This document shows, piece by piece, positions 40,298 to 48,941 of a DNA stretch of 64,000 nucleotides. A model generated the notes under the pieces. It made no database searches and was not told where the DNA came from. It saw only the letters and a list, made by a program, of their open reading frames with translations. Every line of letters starts with the position of its first letter. The stretch's first letter is position 1. A program made the position numbers and the translations under genes. The DNA lies in IMG/VR virus record IMGVR_UViG_3300028920_000001, positions 310,001 to 374,000 of that record, one strand, 5' to 3'.

Positions 40298-40937
40298 TGA
40301 GATCAGGCTCCCAGCCTTCCATTCCATCAAACAGAATTTTTAGCCAATCCGGGTGCTTGGTTGATCGACTGCAGTGATCACGTCGAACGGAGCCATTCTT
40401 CTTAAGAACTACTCCATGTATGAATCCATGTTTGGAGTTTCCGGCTTTTCTCATTTCGATTGCTTCTCGATTAATTCGTTCGCATTCTTCCAATGATGCT
40501 TCGAGTATTTCAACTTGTTTAATGCTTGGACATTCTTCTTTCATTAAACTACCGAGAATTTCCCGGCGTTTTTCGATTGGTTCTTTACTTAAATCAGTCT
40601 GTCCGATCCGGATGATATCCCATAGAGTAATCCGACACTCTCCGGGTTCACATTTATGCCAGCCTCCTTTCTTTTTCTGGGTCCAGATTTCTCCGTCAAA
40701 TACTGTTCCCTTTGGAGCTTGAAGAGCTGCTAATTGATCCATCAAATCCGACGGAGCTTGAATCTTCTTCTTTTGGCGGGTAAATAATTTAGGAGTTCCG
40801 TTTAAAATATTTATGATACGCCATCCATCTAGTTTAGTTTCCATGGTATAATTTGAAGTATCAATTGTTTTAAAGACAGCCTTAGTAGTTCGGACTGGCT
40901 TGAAGGGATACATCCACCAGGAAAGAGTATTGAGCAT
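40287..40937 (-). CDS. ATP-dependent DNA ligase-like nucleotidyltransferase (adenylation domain only)
   Basis: ETKLDGWR (motif I), FDGEI (III), LWDII (IIIa), HGVVLK (IV variant), WLKI (V); no OB domain. Confidence 0.8.
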   Translation of the reverse strand: MLNTLSWWMYPFKPVRTTKAVFKTIDTSNYTMETKLDGWRIINILNGTPKLFTRQKKKIQAPSDLMDQLAALQAPKGTVFDGEIWTQKKKGGWHKCEPGECRITLWDIIRIGQTDLSKEPIEKRREILGSLMKEECPSIKQVEILEASLEECERINREAIEMRKAGNSKHGFIHGVVLKKNGSVRRDHCSRSTKHPDWLKILFDGMEGWEPDLNGY

Positions 40938-40997
40938 ATAAAGATGTACAAGGATCTAGCTGTGATTTACGCAATTTTTAATTATTTGGTTTGACTG

Positions 40998-41408
40998 ATG
41001 AACCGGCAAGCATCCATTCAAAAAGCATTCAGTTTAGCTAATATTGCTATGCGGATCGTTGAAGCTTCAGAAAAGCGGACCGCATACATTAAAAAAGAGA
41101 AAGGTAAATGGTGCGTAAAATCACCGAATAATCCTAAATGGTCTGGAGGATGTTACGATACTAAGGCTGAAGCCGAAAAGCGGCTTGGTCAAGTTGAGAT
41201 GTTTAAGCATATGAAGAAAGGGGCTGAAGAAGTAACGGATCCAGGTCCAGGTCGGAGACGTCAGCAGAGATTAAGGCGTCCGGATTGTCCTTGGGCTGAT
41301 GTTGAATTTGATGAAGAATTTAATCCTGGCCCCGGTGGACCAAGAGGGCGTGGATTAGGAGATGTAAATATTGAAGAGTTGGATATCGAAATTGAAGATG
41401 ATGATTAA
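40998..41408 (+). CDS. Probable head-associated protein with propeptide-like N-terminus
   Basis: IAMRIV...KRTA followed by YIKKEKGKWCVKS...GCYDTKAEAEKRL, a module recurrent in phage head-morphogenesis genes. Confidence 0.6.
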   Translation: MNRQASIQKAFSLANIAMRIVEASEKRTAYIKKEKGKWCVKSPNNPKWSGGCYDTKAEAEKRLGQVEMFKHMKKGAEEVTDPGPGRRRQQRLRRPDCPWADVEFDEEFNPGPGGPRGRGLGDVNIEELDIEIEDDD

Positions 41409-42301
41409 TGCCGACTTTTAAACGTGGACAAGAATTAGGTCCAGGAGACCTGAATATTCATCTTCGGACTCGAGATAGAAATCCGAGGAATGCGGCTGAA
41501 ATTTATTATAATATTTTTGATTTTACGACAGGTGTAGAGGTTCTTCTTCCTCCCACTAATCGAGCTCCTGAAAATCCATCTATTGGTGAATATTACGCTC
41601 CATTCATTATTCCATTAGATGCTAACCTTGGGCCATATCGAATTAGGTGGTATTTTAAAGAATATACTAATTCACCGGAAAATCAGGTTCTTCAAGAATT
41701 TGATATTGTAGAAACCTCAACTCAAATTGTGAGTTTGCCAGATATTACGGCGGTTGAATTTGACTTAGTTAGAAGTTTAAGGATTTTGCTCCGGGACAAC
41801 AATCCTGATCGGAATTATCATTTTGTTCCTCCAACACATGAAGAAACAATCAATCAATTTAATCGAGTATTTGGATTTATTTGGGAGGATATTGAACTTA
41901 TTGAATATTTGAGGATAGCACTTGATGTGATTAATATGTATCCTCCAATGACTACTTTTGCTACTTTAGATCAGTTGATATCTCAGCAGCGCCCATGGCG
42001 TCATTTGTTGCTTGAGGCTGCCATGATTTATGCAGTCACGGCATTGACTCTAAATTGGATTCATGAGGAATTCGACTATAGCATTGGTGGTGTATCTCTT
42101 TCAATTGAGCGTAGTTCTAAATATCAATCCTTGGCTAGTGATTTAAGGTCTCGTTTGACTGATGATATAACTGGAGCAAAGGAAACTGTTAAAATTATGC
42201 GCGGTTTGAAGCAAAGTCGTTACGGAGTTGGGATTCGTTCTTCATTCGGTCCATCAGTTGGTAGGGGAGCGCTCACCCCACGCAGATTCCTTGGTATTTA
42301 A
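41408..42301 (+). CDS. Putative neck/head-tail adaptor protein
   Basis: YLRIALDVIN.YPP; FDYSIGGVSLSIERSSKY resembles neck proteins of large myoviruses. Confidence 0.55.
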   Translation: MPTFKRGQELGPGDLNIHLRTRDRNPRNAAEIYYNIFDFTTGVEVLLPPTNRAPENPSIGEYYAPFIIPLDANLGPYRIRWYFKEYTNSPENQVLQEFDIVETSTQIVSLPDITAVEFDLVRSLRILLRDNNPDRNYHFVPPTHEETINQFNRVFGFIWEDIELIEYLRIALDVINMYPPMTTFATLDQLISQQRPWRHLLLEAAMIYAVTALTLNWIHEEFDYSIGGVSLSIERSSKYQSLASDLRSRLTDDITGAKETVKIMRGLKQSRYGVGIRSSFGPSVGRGALTPRRFLGI

Positions 42302-42347
42302 GTCCTCTTTAAGTGTTACAGTTTCTTTTTTAATGTAAATTCCTTTT

Positions 42348-43802
42348 ATGAAGAAGGAATATTACGAAGCCCATAAAGAAGAGATTAAACGTAAGGCTCG
42401 AGAACGATATAAGAAAAATCGGGCACGAATTTTAAATCAAAAGAATGAACGATACACTAGAGAGCGAGATAATATTTTAACTCGTAGGCGTAAAGCTTGG
42501 AAAGAAAACTCTGAAATTAAGAAAAACCATGATAAATACCACCGTCAGCTCAAAAATAAATGTTATGAGATTTTAGGTGGTAAATGTGTCCGATGTGGAG
42601 AGGCTAATCATGATTTACTGTCCATTGATCATATAAACGAAGATGGGGCTCAAGAAAGAAAGTCTCTTACTTTAGTTAAACTTCGGTCTAATATTGTAAA
42701 TGGTGTAAATCGGGAGAATTATCAACTTCTTTGTTTCAATTGCAATCTGAAGAAGCACCTGAATTATGAAGAACGATTTTTATTGATTGGGAGAGATAAA
42801 TACTGTCCTACTTGTCGCTTGTCTAAGGATGAATCTCAATTCAAGAAAGATAAATTGTATGAAGATGGTTATTATTATGAATGTCGATTTTGTGTTCAGT
42901 CTAGAGAGTTAGAAGTTAAAATTAAGGTATTTAATTTATTAGGAAAATCTCAATGTAATTGCGGCATCAGTGACGTTGATGTTCTTACTGTTGATCATAT
43001 TGAAAAGATTGGGAAGAAAAGAAAATGGCTAGGTAGTTCTTTATATAGAAAGATTTTACAAGGAGCTTTGAATGCTCAGAATTATCAAGTATTATGTTTG
43101 AACTGCAACATTTTGAAGAGTCTTCAAAATGGAGATAAACAGCATGCGACTAATCTGAAAATTGGTTCTTATATTACTGAGGTTGATTTTGAAGAACCTG
43201 TGACCAAAACCACTTTGGAGTATGACTTAGTTAATTTTGATTTTGAAGATATTATAATTCAGAATATTGATAGGGAAAAATCAGTCGTATTTTTAGAAAA
43301 TTATCACTACATTGGATTTGGAAGATCTGGATTTGGTGCGTATGGGGTATTCTTAGGTGATAAATTAATTGCAGTTGTTAAATTCGCTCCCCCGGTTCGA
43401 CAAAAAGTGGCTAGTTCTATTGGATATGAATCTAATAAAATTTTTGAATTAGATCGATTTTGTATCCATCCTGCCTACCAGAAGAAAAACTTTGCCTCTT
43501 TTCTTTTGTCTCGAGTTGTTAAATTGGTAAAACGAGATTATTCAGACATCAAATGTTTGGTTTCATTTGCTGATCCACGGTATGGGCATGATGGGACAAT
43601 TTATAAGGCTGCGAATTGGAAGTTCGTGAGGAAAACTGCTTATAGTTATGCTTATGAGAATGGGAAAGGTGAAGAGATAAATAAGAAAACTCTCTATAAT
43701 TGGTCAAAGGTTCGAGGGATGACTGAGAAAGAAGGGGTGGAACAACTATGTTTGAAGAAGATTAAGTTACCTCGAAAATTGAAATTTGTGTATGAATTGT
43801 AA
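42348..43802 (+). CDS. Tandem HNH-type endonuclease fused to Mom-like GNAT-fold domain
   Basis: Two C..C...(S/T)(I/V)DHI...YQ(L/V)LC.NCN units; C-terminal YHYIG, ELDRFCIHP, SFADP, GTIYKAANW. Confidence 0.75.
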   Translation: MKKEYYEAHKEEIKRKARERYKKNRARILNQKNERYTRERDNILTRRRKAWKENSEIKKNHDKYHRQLKNKCYEILGGKCVRCGEANHDLLSIDHINEDGAQERKSLTLVKLRSNIVNGVNRENYQLLCFNCNLKKHLNYEERFLLIGRDKYCPTCRLSKDESQFKKDKLYEDGYYYECRFCVQSRELEVKIKVFNLLGKSQCNCGISDVDVLTVDHIEKIGKKRKWLGSSLYRKILQGALNAQNYQVLCLNCNILKSLQNGDKQHATNLKIGSYITEVDFEEPVTKTTLEYDLVNFDFEDIIIQNIDREKSVVFLENYHYIGFGRSGFGAYGVFLGDKLIAVVKFAPPVRQKVASSIGYESNKIFELDRFCIHPAYQKKNFASFLLSRVVKLVKRDYSDIKCLVSFADPRYGHDGTIYKAANWKFVRKTAYSYAYENGKGEEINKKTLYNWSKVRGMTEKEGVEQLCLKKIKLPRKLKFVYEL

Positions 43803-43813
43803 ACTTTTCAATA

Positions 43814-44677
43814 ATGGCTCGTCTTAAAAATGAAGAATGGATAATTGACTACAATCAACAATATGAGTATAGTGATTTGTTAAATTATACTATTAGTTCG
43901 AAAGATCTTACATTTCATGCTAATAGTGATGGTAAACATTTTGAAATTAATTATTTTGATAATTTAAATCCTATTTCTTTTAATTTTTCTAAAAAATTGG
44001 AAGGTTTATCCTGGATTGAAACAATTTTGAGGTCGTCAGATATTAGATCTAGTGTTGAGTACTTAAAGGAAATAACTACTAAATTTGAACAAATCAAGAA
44101 AAATGCACGAAAGAAAGGAGTTATTTCTTCTTCTGCTAGGTTATTGTATCAATTGATCATGGATTGTCAAAAAGATTTTCAATCCAAAGTTGAAAAAGAG
44201 ATTAAATCATTTATAAAATCATTTGAGCTCGCTTGTGAGCAAATTAATATTATTGGTGTTAGTTTTCGACCTAAAGCCAATTATTATTTATTAGATTTAT
44301 CTTTTCCTTGTTATAATGTATTTGAGTATAATCAACATGAACATCTTTGCATAGCAATTACAAAGGGAAACCGGGATTTAACGAATAATGTTTTTGCATT
44401 AATGAAAAAATCTGATTCTTTCGATTATAATGGTGTATATTATTGGCATAGTAGTGAATACCATAAAATAAAATCATACTGTAATATGATAAAACGACTT
44501 GATGGTCAAATGACTAAGTTTGATTCTCAAATACTAGCTGATTCTAAAAATCCGGCTAGGAAAAAGATACGCAGTTTACTTTGGAGTCTCAGTAAAAAAT
44601 ATTCTGTTGAATTAATTGATCAATTTTTGGAGGAAGAAACGGCTTTGTTTAAAGTTGAAAAGATGCTATCTGAGTGA
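43814..44677 (+). CDS. Hypothetical protein
   Basis: 287 aa, very AT-rich; ends KVEKMLSE. Confidence 0.65.
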   Translation: MARLKNEEWIIDYNQQYEYSDLLNYTISSKDLTFHANSDGKHFEINYFDNLNPISFNFSKKLEGLSWIETILRSSDIRSSVEYLKEITTKFEQIKKNARKKGVISSSARLLYQLIMDCQKDFQSKVEKEIKSFIKSFELACEQINIIGVSFRPKANYYLLDLSFPCYNVFEYNQHEHLCIAITKGNRDLTNNVFALMKKSDSFDYNGVYYWHSSEYHKIKSYCNMIKRLDGQMTKFDSQILADSKNPARKKIRSLLWSLSKKYSVELIDQFLEEETALFKVEKMLSE

Positions 44678-44728
44678 TGCTATAATGGACTCTTGAATTA
44701 TTATGGCGTACCTTGGATGAGGTTAGTT

Positions 44729-44908
44729 ATGAAATATACTTGGGCAATTGCATTAGCTTTAGTTTTGGTTGGCTGTGGATCTGATGACGACGATGCGGGA
44801 AGTGCTGGCGCCGCTGGTGCATCCGAAGTCGGTGTATCTGGAGCTGCAGGTTCTGAAGTTGGCGGAGCTGCGGGCCAACAGGTTGGTGGGGAAGCTGGGA
44901 CTGAGTAA
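44729..44908 (+). CDS. Small lipoprotein with Gly/Ala-rich tail
   Basis: SD GAGG; MKYTWAIALALVLVGC lipobox, then GSDDDDAGSAGAAGA. Confidence 0.8.
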   Translation: MKYTWAIALALVLVGCGSDDDDAGSAGAAGASEVGVSGAAGSEVGGAAGQQVGGEAGTE

Positions 44909-44924
44909 ATTGTAATCTTATCCT

Positions 44925-45194
44925 GTGGAAGCAGGATACGATTGGCAACAAATTCAACCGCCTGTGGGATCAGGCGGTATTTATCGCATTTATCAATGTG
45001 CCAGGACAGGTATATATGGGTATGTAAGAGGAAGCGGTATTAATCCAAAGCGAAAAGTGAAGAAAATTATTCCATATTTATGCTCTGCTAAGGGATGTAA
45101 GCGGAAAGCTACGGCCAGAAAACCAGGGTTGATTGGTCCTCGATATATTTGGGTATGTGAAGAACATCTACATGTTGACTTTGCTAGAAGGTGA
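44925..45194 (+). CDS. Small Cys-containing basic hypothetical protein
   Basis: YQCARTG; CSAKGC...CEEH. Confidence 0.6.
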   Translation: MEAGYDWQQIQPPVGSGGIYRIYQCARTGIYGYVRGSGINPKRKVKKIIPYLCSAKGCKRKATARKPGLIGPRYIWVCEEHLHVDFARR

Positions 45195-45197
45195 CTT

Positions 45198-45494
45198 GTG
45201 GATGATATTAAAAATCAGATTAAGGAACGTATCGAAAGGGCCTTACGAACAACTTTGATGGAGCATGATGATCATGCTGAGGAACGAATAACGAATACGC
45301 TTATGCAGTATTTGCAAAGTCTTGATCATGTTAGTGCTCCTCAAGTTGAGTTGGTTGAAGAATCGGATGAAATGAAGATAGTTCGAGAAATTATGGAAGA
45401 AATTAAAGATAAATATGAATTTAAAGTGTCAATGCAATTACCAACGTATATAGATCATATTATTTTTGAGGTCAAAGTAGGGGATAAGGATTAA
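45198..45494 (+). CDS. Hypothetical protein
   Basis: ORF track, 98 aa. Confidence 0.6.
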   Translation: MDDIKNQIKERIERALRTTLMEHDDHAEERITNTLMQYLQSLDHVSAPQVELVEESDEMKIVREIMEEIKDKYEFKVSMQLPTYIDHIIFEVKVGDKD

Positions 45495-45517
45495 GCCCTT
45501 CATAGCACCATATTGAT

Positions 45518-45940
45518 ATGGATTTTCGATCCATTGCTATGCGCGTAGCTTCTGGGACGACGGCGGCTAGGAAAAAGTCTAAGAAGTCAAAAAAATCCCG
45601 GAAAACTAAGAAAACTCGAACTAAAAAGACTAAGCCTCGCACCTCCAAACCGGTGAAACCGGTTGAGCCGGATCCTCCTGAAGAAACTGAGGATGAAGAG
45701 GAATCAACAGATAGTATTTTGAAGCCGAAGACTGAATATTCTTGTCAGCTTCAAATATCTATAATTGCTGATTTTGAAGGTGAAGTTGATCAGGGTAAAT
45801 TAAAGAGAAAGCTTAAGACCGAATCTATCAATGCTGTGAAAGCAGGGGTGGCTACTACCGCTCGTGAATATAGATTGGAGGCCACTCAGATTACGGTTCA
45901 ACCAATCAGTATCGAATGTGCGGTTAATTCGATTGAATGA
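45518..45940 (+). CDS. Lys-rich protein with N-terminal IAMRVA motif
   Basis: MDFRSIAMRVAS then KKSKKSKKSRKTKKTRTKK. Confidence 0.7.
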   Translation: MDFRSIAMRVASGTTAARKKSKKSKKSRKTKKTRTKKTKPRTSKPVKPVEPDPPEETEDEEESTDSILKPKTEYSCQLQISIIADFEGEVDQGKLKRKLKTESINAVKAGVATTAREYRLEATQITVQPISIECAVNSIE

Positions 45941-45959
45941 GCTCAGGTAAAGTCTTCAT

Positions 45960-46319
45960 ATGAAGACTCACAGTATTCAGCTGGAAAAAGACGATACTCA
46001 ACAAGTTCAGCAAATCGAACGATCTATCATTCATTATTCAATTGAGCTTGGGAAGATAGCAGTTGTAGAACATAATATCAGGAATTCTTTGGTCGGTTTG
46101 GGTGAAGCTCGACATAAACTAATTCAGTCCATTCTAAAAAATAATGGATTTGATCTGAATAAGGTGGCTGGAGTCCAGGTTAATCCTGAAATTGGATCTA
46201 TAATTGTTGAAATCGATGAATCTAAATCTGAATCTGCACCAAACGGACCTGTTGGAGCAGAACCTGTATCAGATTCAGTTGGTAAGAATGGACCTGCGGG
46301 TCATCCTCCTACGGAATAA
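45960..46319 (+). CDS. Hypothetical coiled-coil protein
   Basis: ORF track, 119 aa. Confidence 0.65.
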   Translation: MKTHSIQLEKDDTQQVQQIERSIIHYSIELGKIAVVEHNIRNSLVGLGEARHKLIQSILKNNGFDLNKVAGVQVNPEIGSIIVEIDESKSESAPNGPVGAEPVSDSVGKNGPAGHPPTE

Positions 46320-46347
46320 CCGCCTCTTAATGTTGTGTCTCTAGTAA

Positions 46348-47673
46348 ATGCCAGCTCCTCGCGATCGACAAATCCCACATATATTGGAGATACGAAAGCC
46401 GGCTTTTCCTCTCCCGCCGCTAAATGTCCGGGTATATTCTCCTGCTAAAGAAGTTATTGATATTCGATGGACGCCTCCTAGTCAATTAGATCAAAATTCT
46501 TGTTTTAATATTATTGGTGTTAATATTTATCGTAGTTTTAATTCTGAATTTGGACCGTATTATCGATTAAATACTATTCCGCTTGGTGCTACTTTTTGGC
46601 GAGATCAGACTCGGATTGTTTTAGCTCTACAAGAAGATGTTTCCAAGTGTTTTGTGGCTCGAGGAGTGGAATCGGATCCAGTAGGACGTTATGTTTTTAG
46701 GACTCCTCATCGTCCCATCATTATTCATCCTTCCCCGGGAGCAGCGAACTGTACTAATTTGAATGTTCAGGTCACAGTTAATGGACAAAATGCATGGGTA
46801 CAGACTATCAGGACAGAAGAAGGTTTAGTAGAACTTCGAAATAAGGACGCTTTTGATGTTGCGTCTCAGCAGGCTGTACCGGTAGTTTTACCTACTAATG
46901 AAGATGATGTTGTTTTAGCTACTTACCGATATCGGGCGGAAGAAGTTAAGACTAGATTATATCAGAGAGTGTTCTATCGAATTACTACAGTTGCTACTTG
47001 TAAAGATGAACCAAGATTAATTGAGACTCCGCTTGATCGAGCGACACAATCTAATCGGCATGAAATAGAGAAACTAGATTATATTTGGCGTGAAGCTATT
47101 CGTCGCACTCGCTGGATTTTGAATCAGGGTGGAGAAAGAGTCAAATTATTTATCCGTAGATCAGCAGGTGTTCAATGTGGTTGCTATTCGGTTGAACATA
47201 AACAGCCCCAAAATGACTGTGAGGTTTGTTACGGAACCGGAATTTTAGGCGGGTATGATGGTCCTTATGATATTGTAATAGCCCCGGATGATGCTGAAAG
47301 AGGAATTTCTCAATCGAATCGAGGTCGAAATTTATCTCATTCTTATGAGACCTTTACAGGTCCTTCTCCTTTAATTTCTCAACGAGATTTTATTGTTAAG
47401 GAAAGTGGAGACAGGTATGGAATAGGTCCAGTTAGAATGCCTAGTAATCGAGGTATGCAACTTCAACAAATGTTTACAATTTCTTATTTAGATGAAGCTG
47501 ACATTCGATATAGGATTCCAATTTTTGATCCCACTTATATGGAATTTCCTGAGACTAGATGGATTGTTCCTGGTGAAGGTAAATCTACTCCGATGATGAC
47601 TGAGAAGCATAATATTGATGATCATCGTGAAATTCGTGGTAATACTGTAACATACGAAAATATAGTTTATTGA
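46348..47673 (+). CDS. Putative neck/head-closure protein with Zn-binding insert
   Basis: FN3-like start (PPLNVRV...IRW); GGERVKLF...QCGC...CEVCYGTG..GGY as in neck proteins of large myoviruses. Confidence 0.55.
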   Translation: MPAPRDRQIPHILEIRKPAFPLPPLNVRVYSPAKEVIDIRWTPPSQLDQNSCFNIIGVNIYRSFNSEFGPYYRLNTIPLGATFWRDQTRIVLALQEDVSKCFVARGVESDPVGRYVFRTPHRPIIIHPSPGAANCTNLNVQVTVNGQNAWVQTIRTEEGLVELRNKDAFDVASQQAVPVVLPTNEDDVVLATYRYRAEEVKTRLYQRVFYRITTVATCKDEPRLIETPLDRATQSNRHEIEKLDYIWREAIRRTRWILNQGGERVKLFIRRSAGVQCGCYSVEHKQPQNDCEVCYGTGILGGYDGPYDIVIAPDDAERGISQSNRGRNLSHSYETFTGPSPLISQRDFIVKESGDRYGIGPVRMPSNRGMQLQQMFTISYLDEADIRYRIPIFDPTYMEFPETRWIVPGEGKSTPMMTEKHNIDDHREIRGNTVTYENIVY

Positions 47674-47677
47674 TCAA

Positions 47678-48331
47678 ATGGCCGAAATTACTACTGCGTT
47701 TAATACGGCATTGGACCGGGCATTGGACCGGGTTATAGATAGTGTAGCTATTGAAGGAGTGAAGGCTCTTCAGGTAATACTGGACGATGCTGGATTTTCA
47801 AAATCTCCATATCTTAAAGACTATGAAATTTATGCTAATGTAATTGGACATGAGATTGTTTTTGAAATACTTTTGAGCATGGATTCGGTAGAATATGAAA
47901 AGGAGATAGAAGAAAAACAGGAAGAAGCCAAGAAGAAGCAAGAAAAGCAGCTTCAGGATTTGACCGCACGTACTTACGGGCTGACGAGACAGTCCCGGAA
48001 AGTGACTCGAATTTATAGTGCCACTGATATGCGTCGTCCTGCTCGAGACGCCAGGAAAGGGGCAAGAGACGCCAGAAAAGGGGCAGCCTATAGACTAGCG
48101 CAGCATGAAATGATAAATAAACGTCCCCGGTCAGCCCATATAACCCGTCAGGGTAAATTGGCTATCGAAATGAAACGTTCAATGAGAGAAAGTGAGACTC
48201 AAGTTCATTTACCTCAAGGTAACTTTGAGGGGATTATAAAAGATATAATTGATAAAGCAAAGGAAATTATATTAGATAAATTCCTTCCGGAACTTTCTGA
48301 CGCTATTCAGGTTCGATTTGGCAAGGTATAA
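47678..48331 (+). CDS. Hypothetical (possibly tail-completion) protein
   Basis: Position in structural operon; basic middle. Confidence 0.5.
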   Translation: MAEITTAFNTALDRALDRVIDSVAIEGVKALQVILDDAGFSKSPYLKDYEIYANVIGHEIVFEILLSMDSVEYEKEIEEKQEEAKKKQEKQLQDLTARTYGLTRQSRKVTRIYSATDMRRPARDARKGARDARKGAAYRLAQHEMINKRPRSAHITRQGKLAIEMKRSMRESETQVHLPQGNFEGIIKDIIDKAKEIILDKFLPELSDAIQVRFGKV

Positions 48332-48908
48332 AGTTACTAATCTCATTTCGGCTGGGGTTTCCATTACCGATCTTGGGATCCATCTTCCTGGAAAGGGAAG
48401 CTATAAAATAATAGATGCTAGTGCTAAGGAAAAATCTCATGATCTTAAAGATGTTAAAGGTCGGAGATGGGTTAGGGTAGACTTAATAATCGAGGAAAAA
48501 GTGCCAGTTTGGCCATTCACCAAAGGACCTCGGTCTAATCTAAAAGCTCAGCCTAAAATAAGATCTGAGCCTGAAGCTCTATCGTCTTTAGATGAATTAA
48601 CTCGTTCAGTCAAAAGTATTGAAAAATCTTTACTTGAATTATTGCAGCGTCCTTCTCCTCCTCCACCTGAGGTAATAGCTGCTCATATGAAATCAATAAG
48701 CCAAATAGGTGAAATTCCGAGAGGTCTACCCGGAGCTTCACCTAGGCCAGGTCCGGGTGTATCTGAAAATCCTCTTTATATTCCTTCTAAAATTAAGCCT
48801 GAAGTTAAAGATGGGGAGGTTTCTATTTCTTCTAAAGATATGTCGACAGATGACGTAGATCAAAGTGTGGATATGTTGAGAAAAATGAGAAAAAATAGGA
48901 AGAAATAG
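48318..48908 (+). CDS. Hypothetical protein
   Basis: ORF track, 196 aa, Pro-rich. Confidence 0.6.
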   Translation: MARYKVTNLISAGVSITDLGIHLPGKGSYKIIDASAKEKSHDLKDVKGRRWVRVDLIIEEKVPVWPFTKGPRSNLKAQPKIRSEPEALSSLDELTRSVKSIEKSLLELLQRPSPPPPEVIAAHMKSISQIGEIPRGLPGASPRPGPGVSENPLYIPSKIKPEVKDGEVSISSKDMSTDDVDQSVDMLRKMRKNRKK

Positions 48909-48941
48909 CCTCGATGTAATGTAGAAAAGACTGGAGAGATC

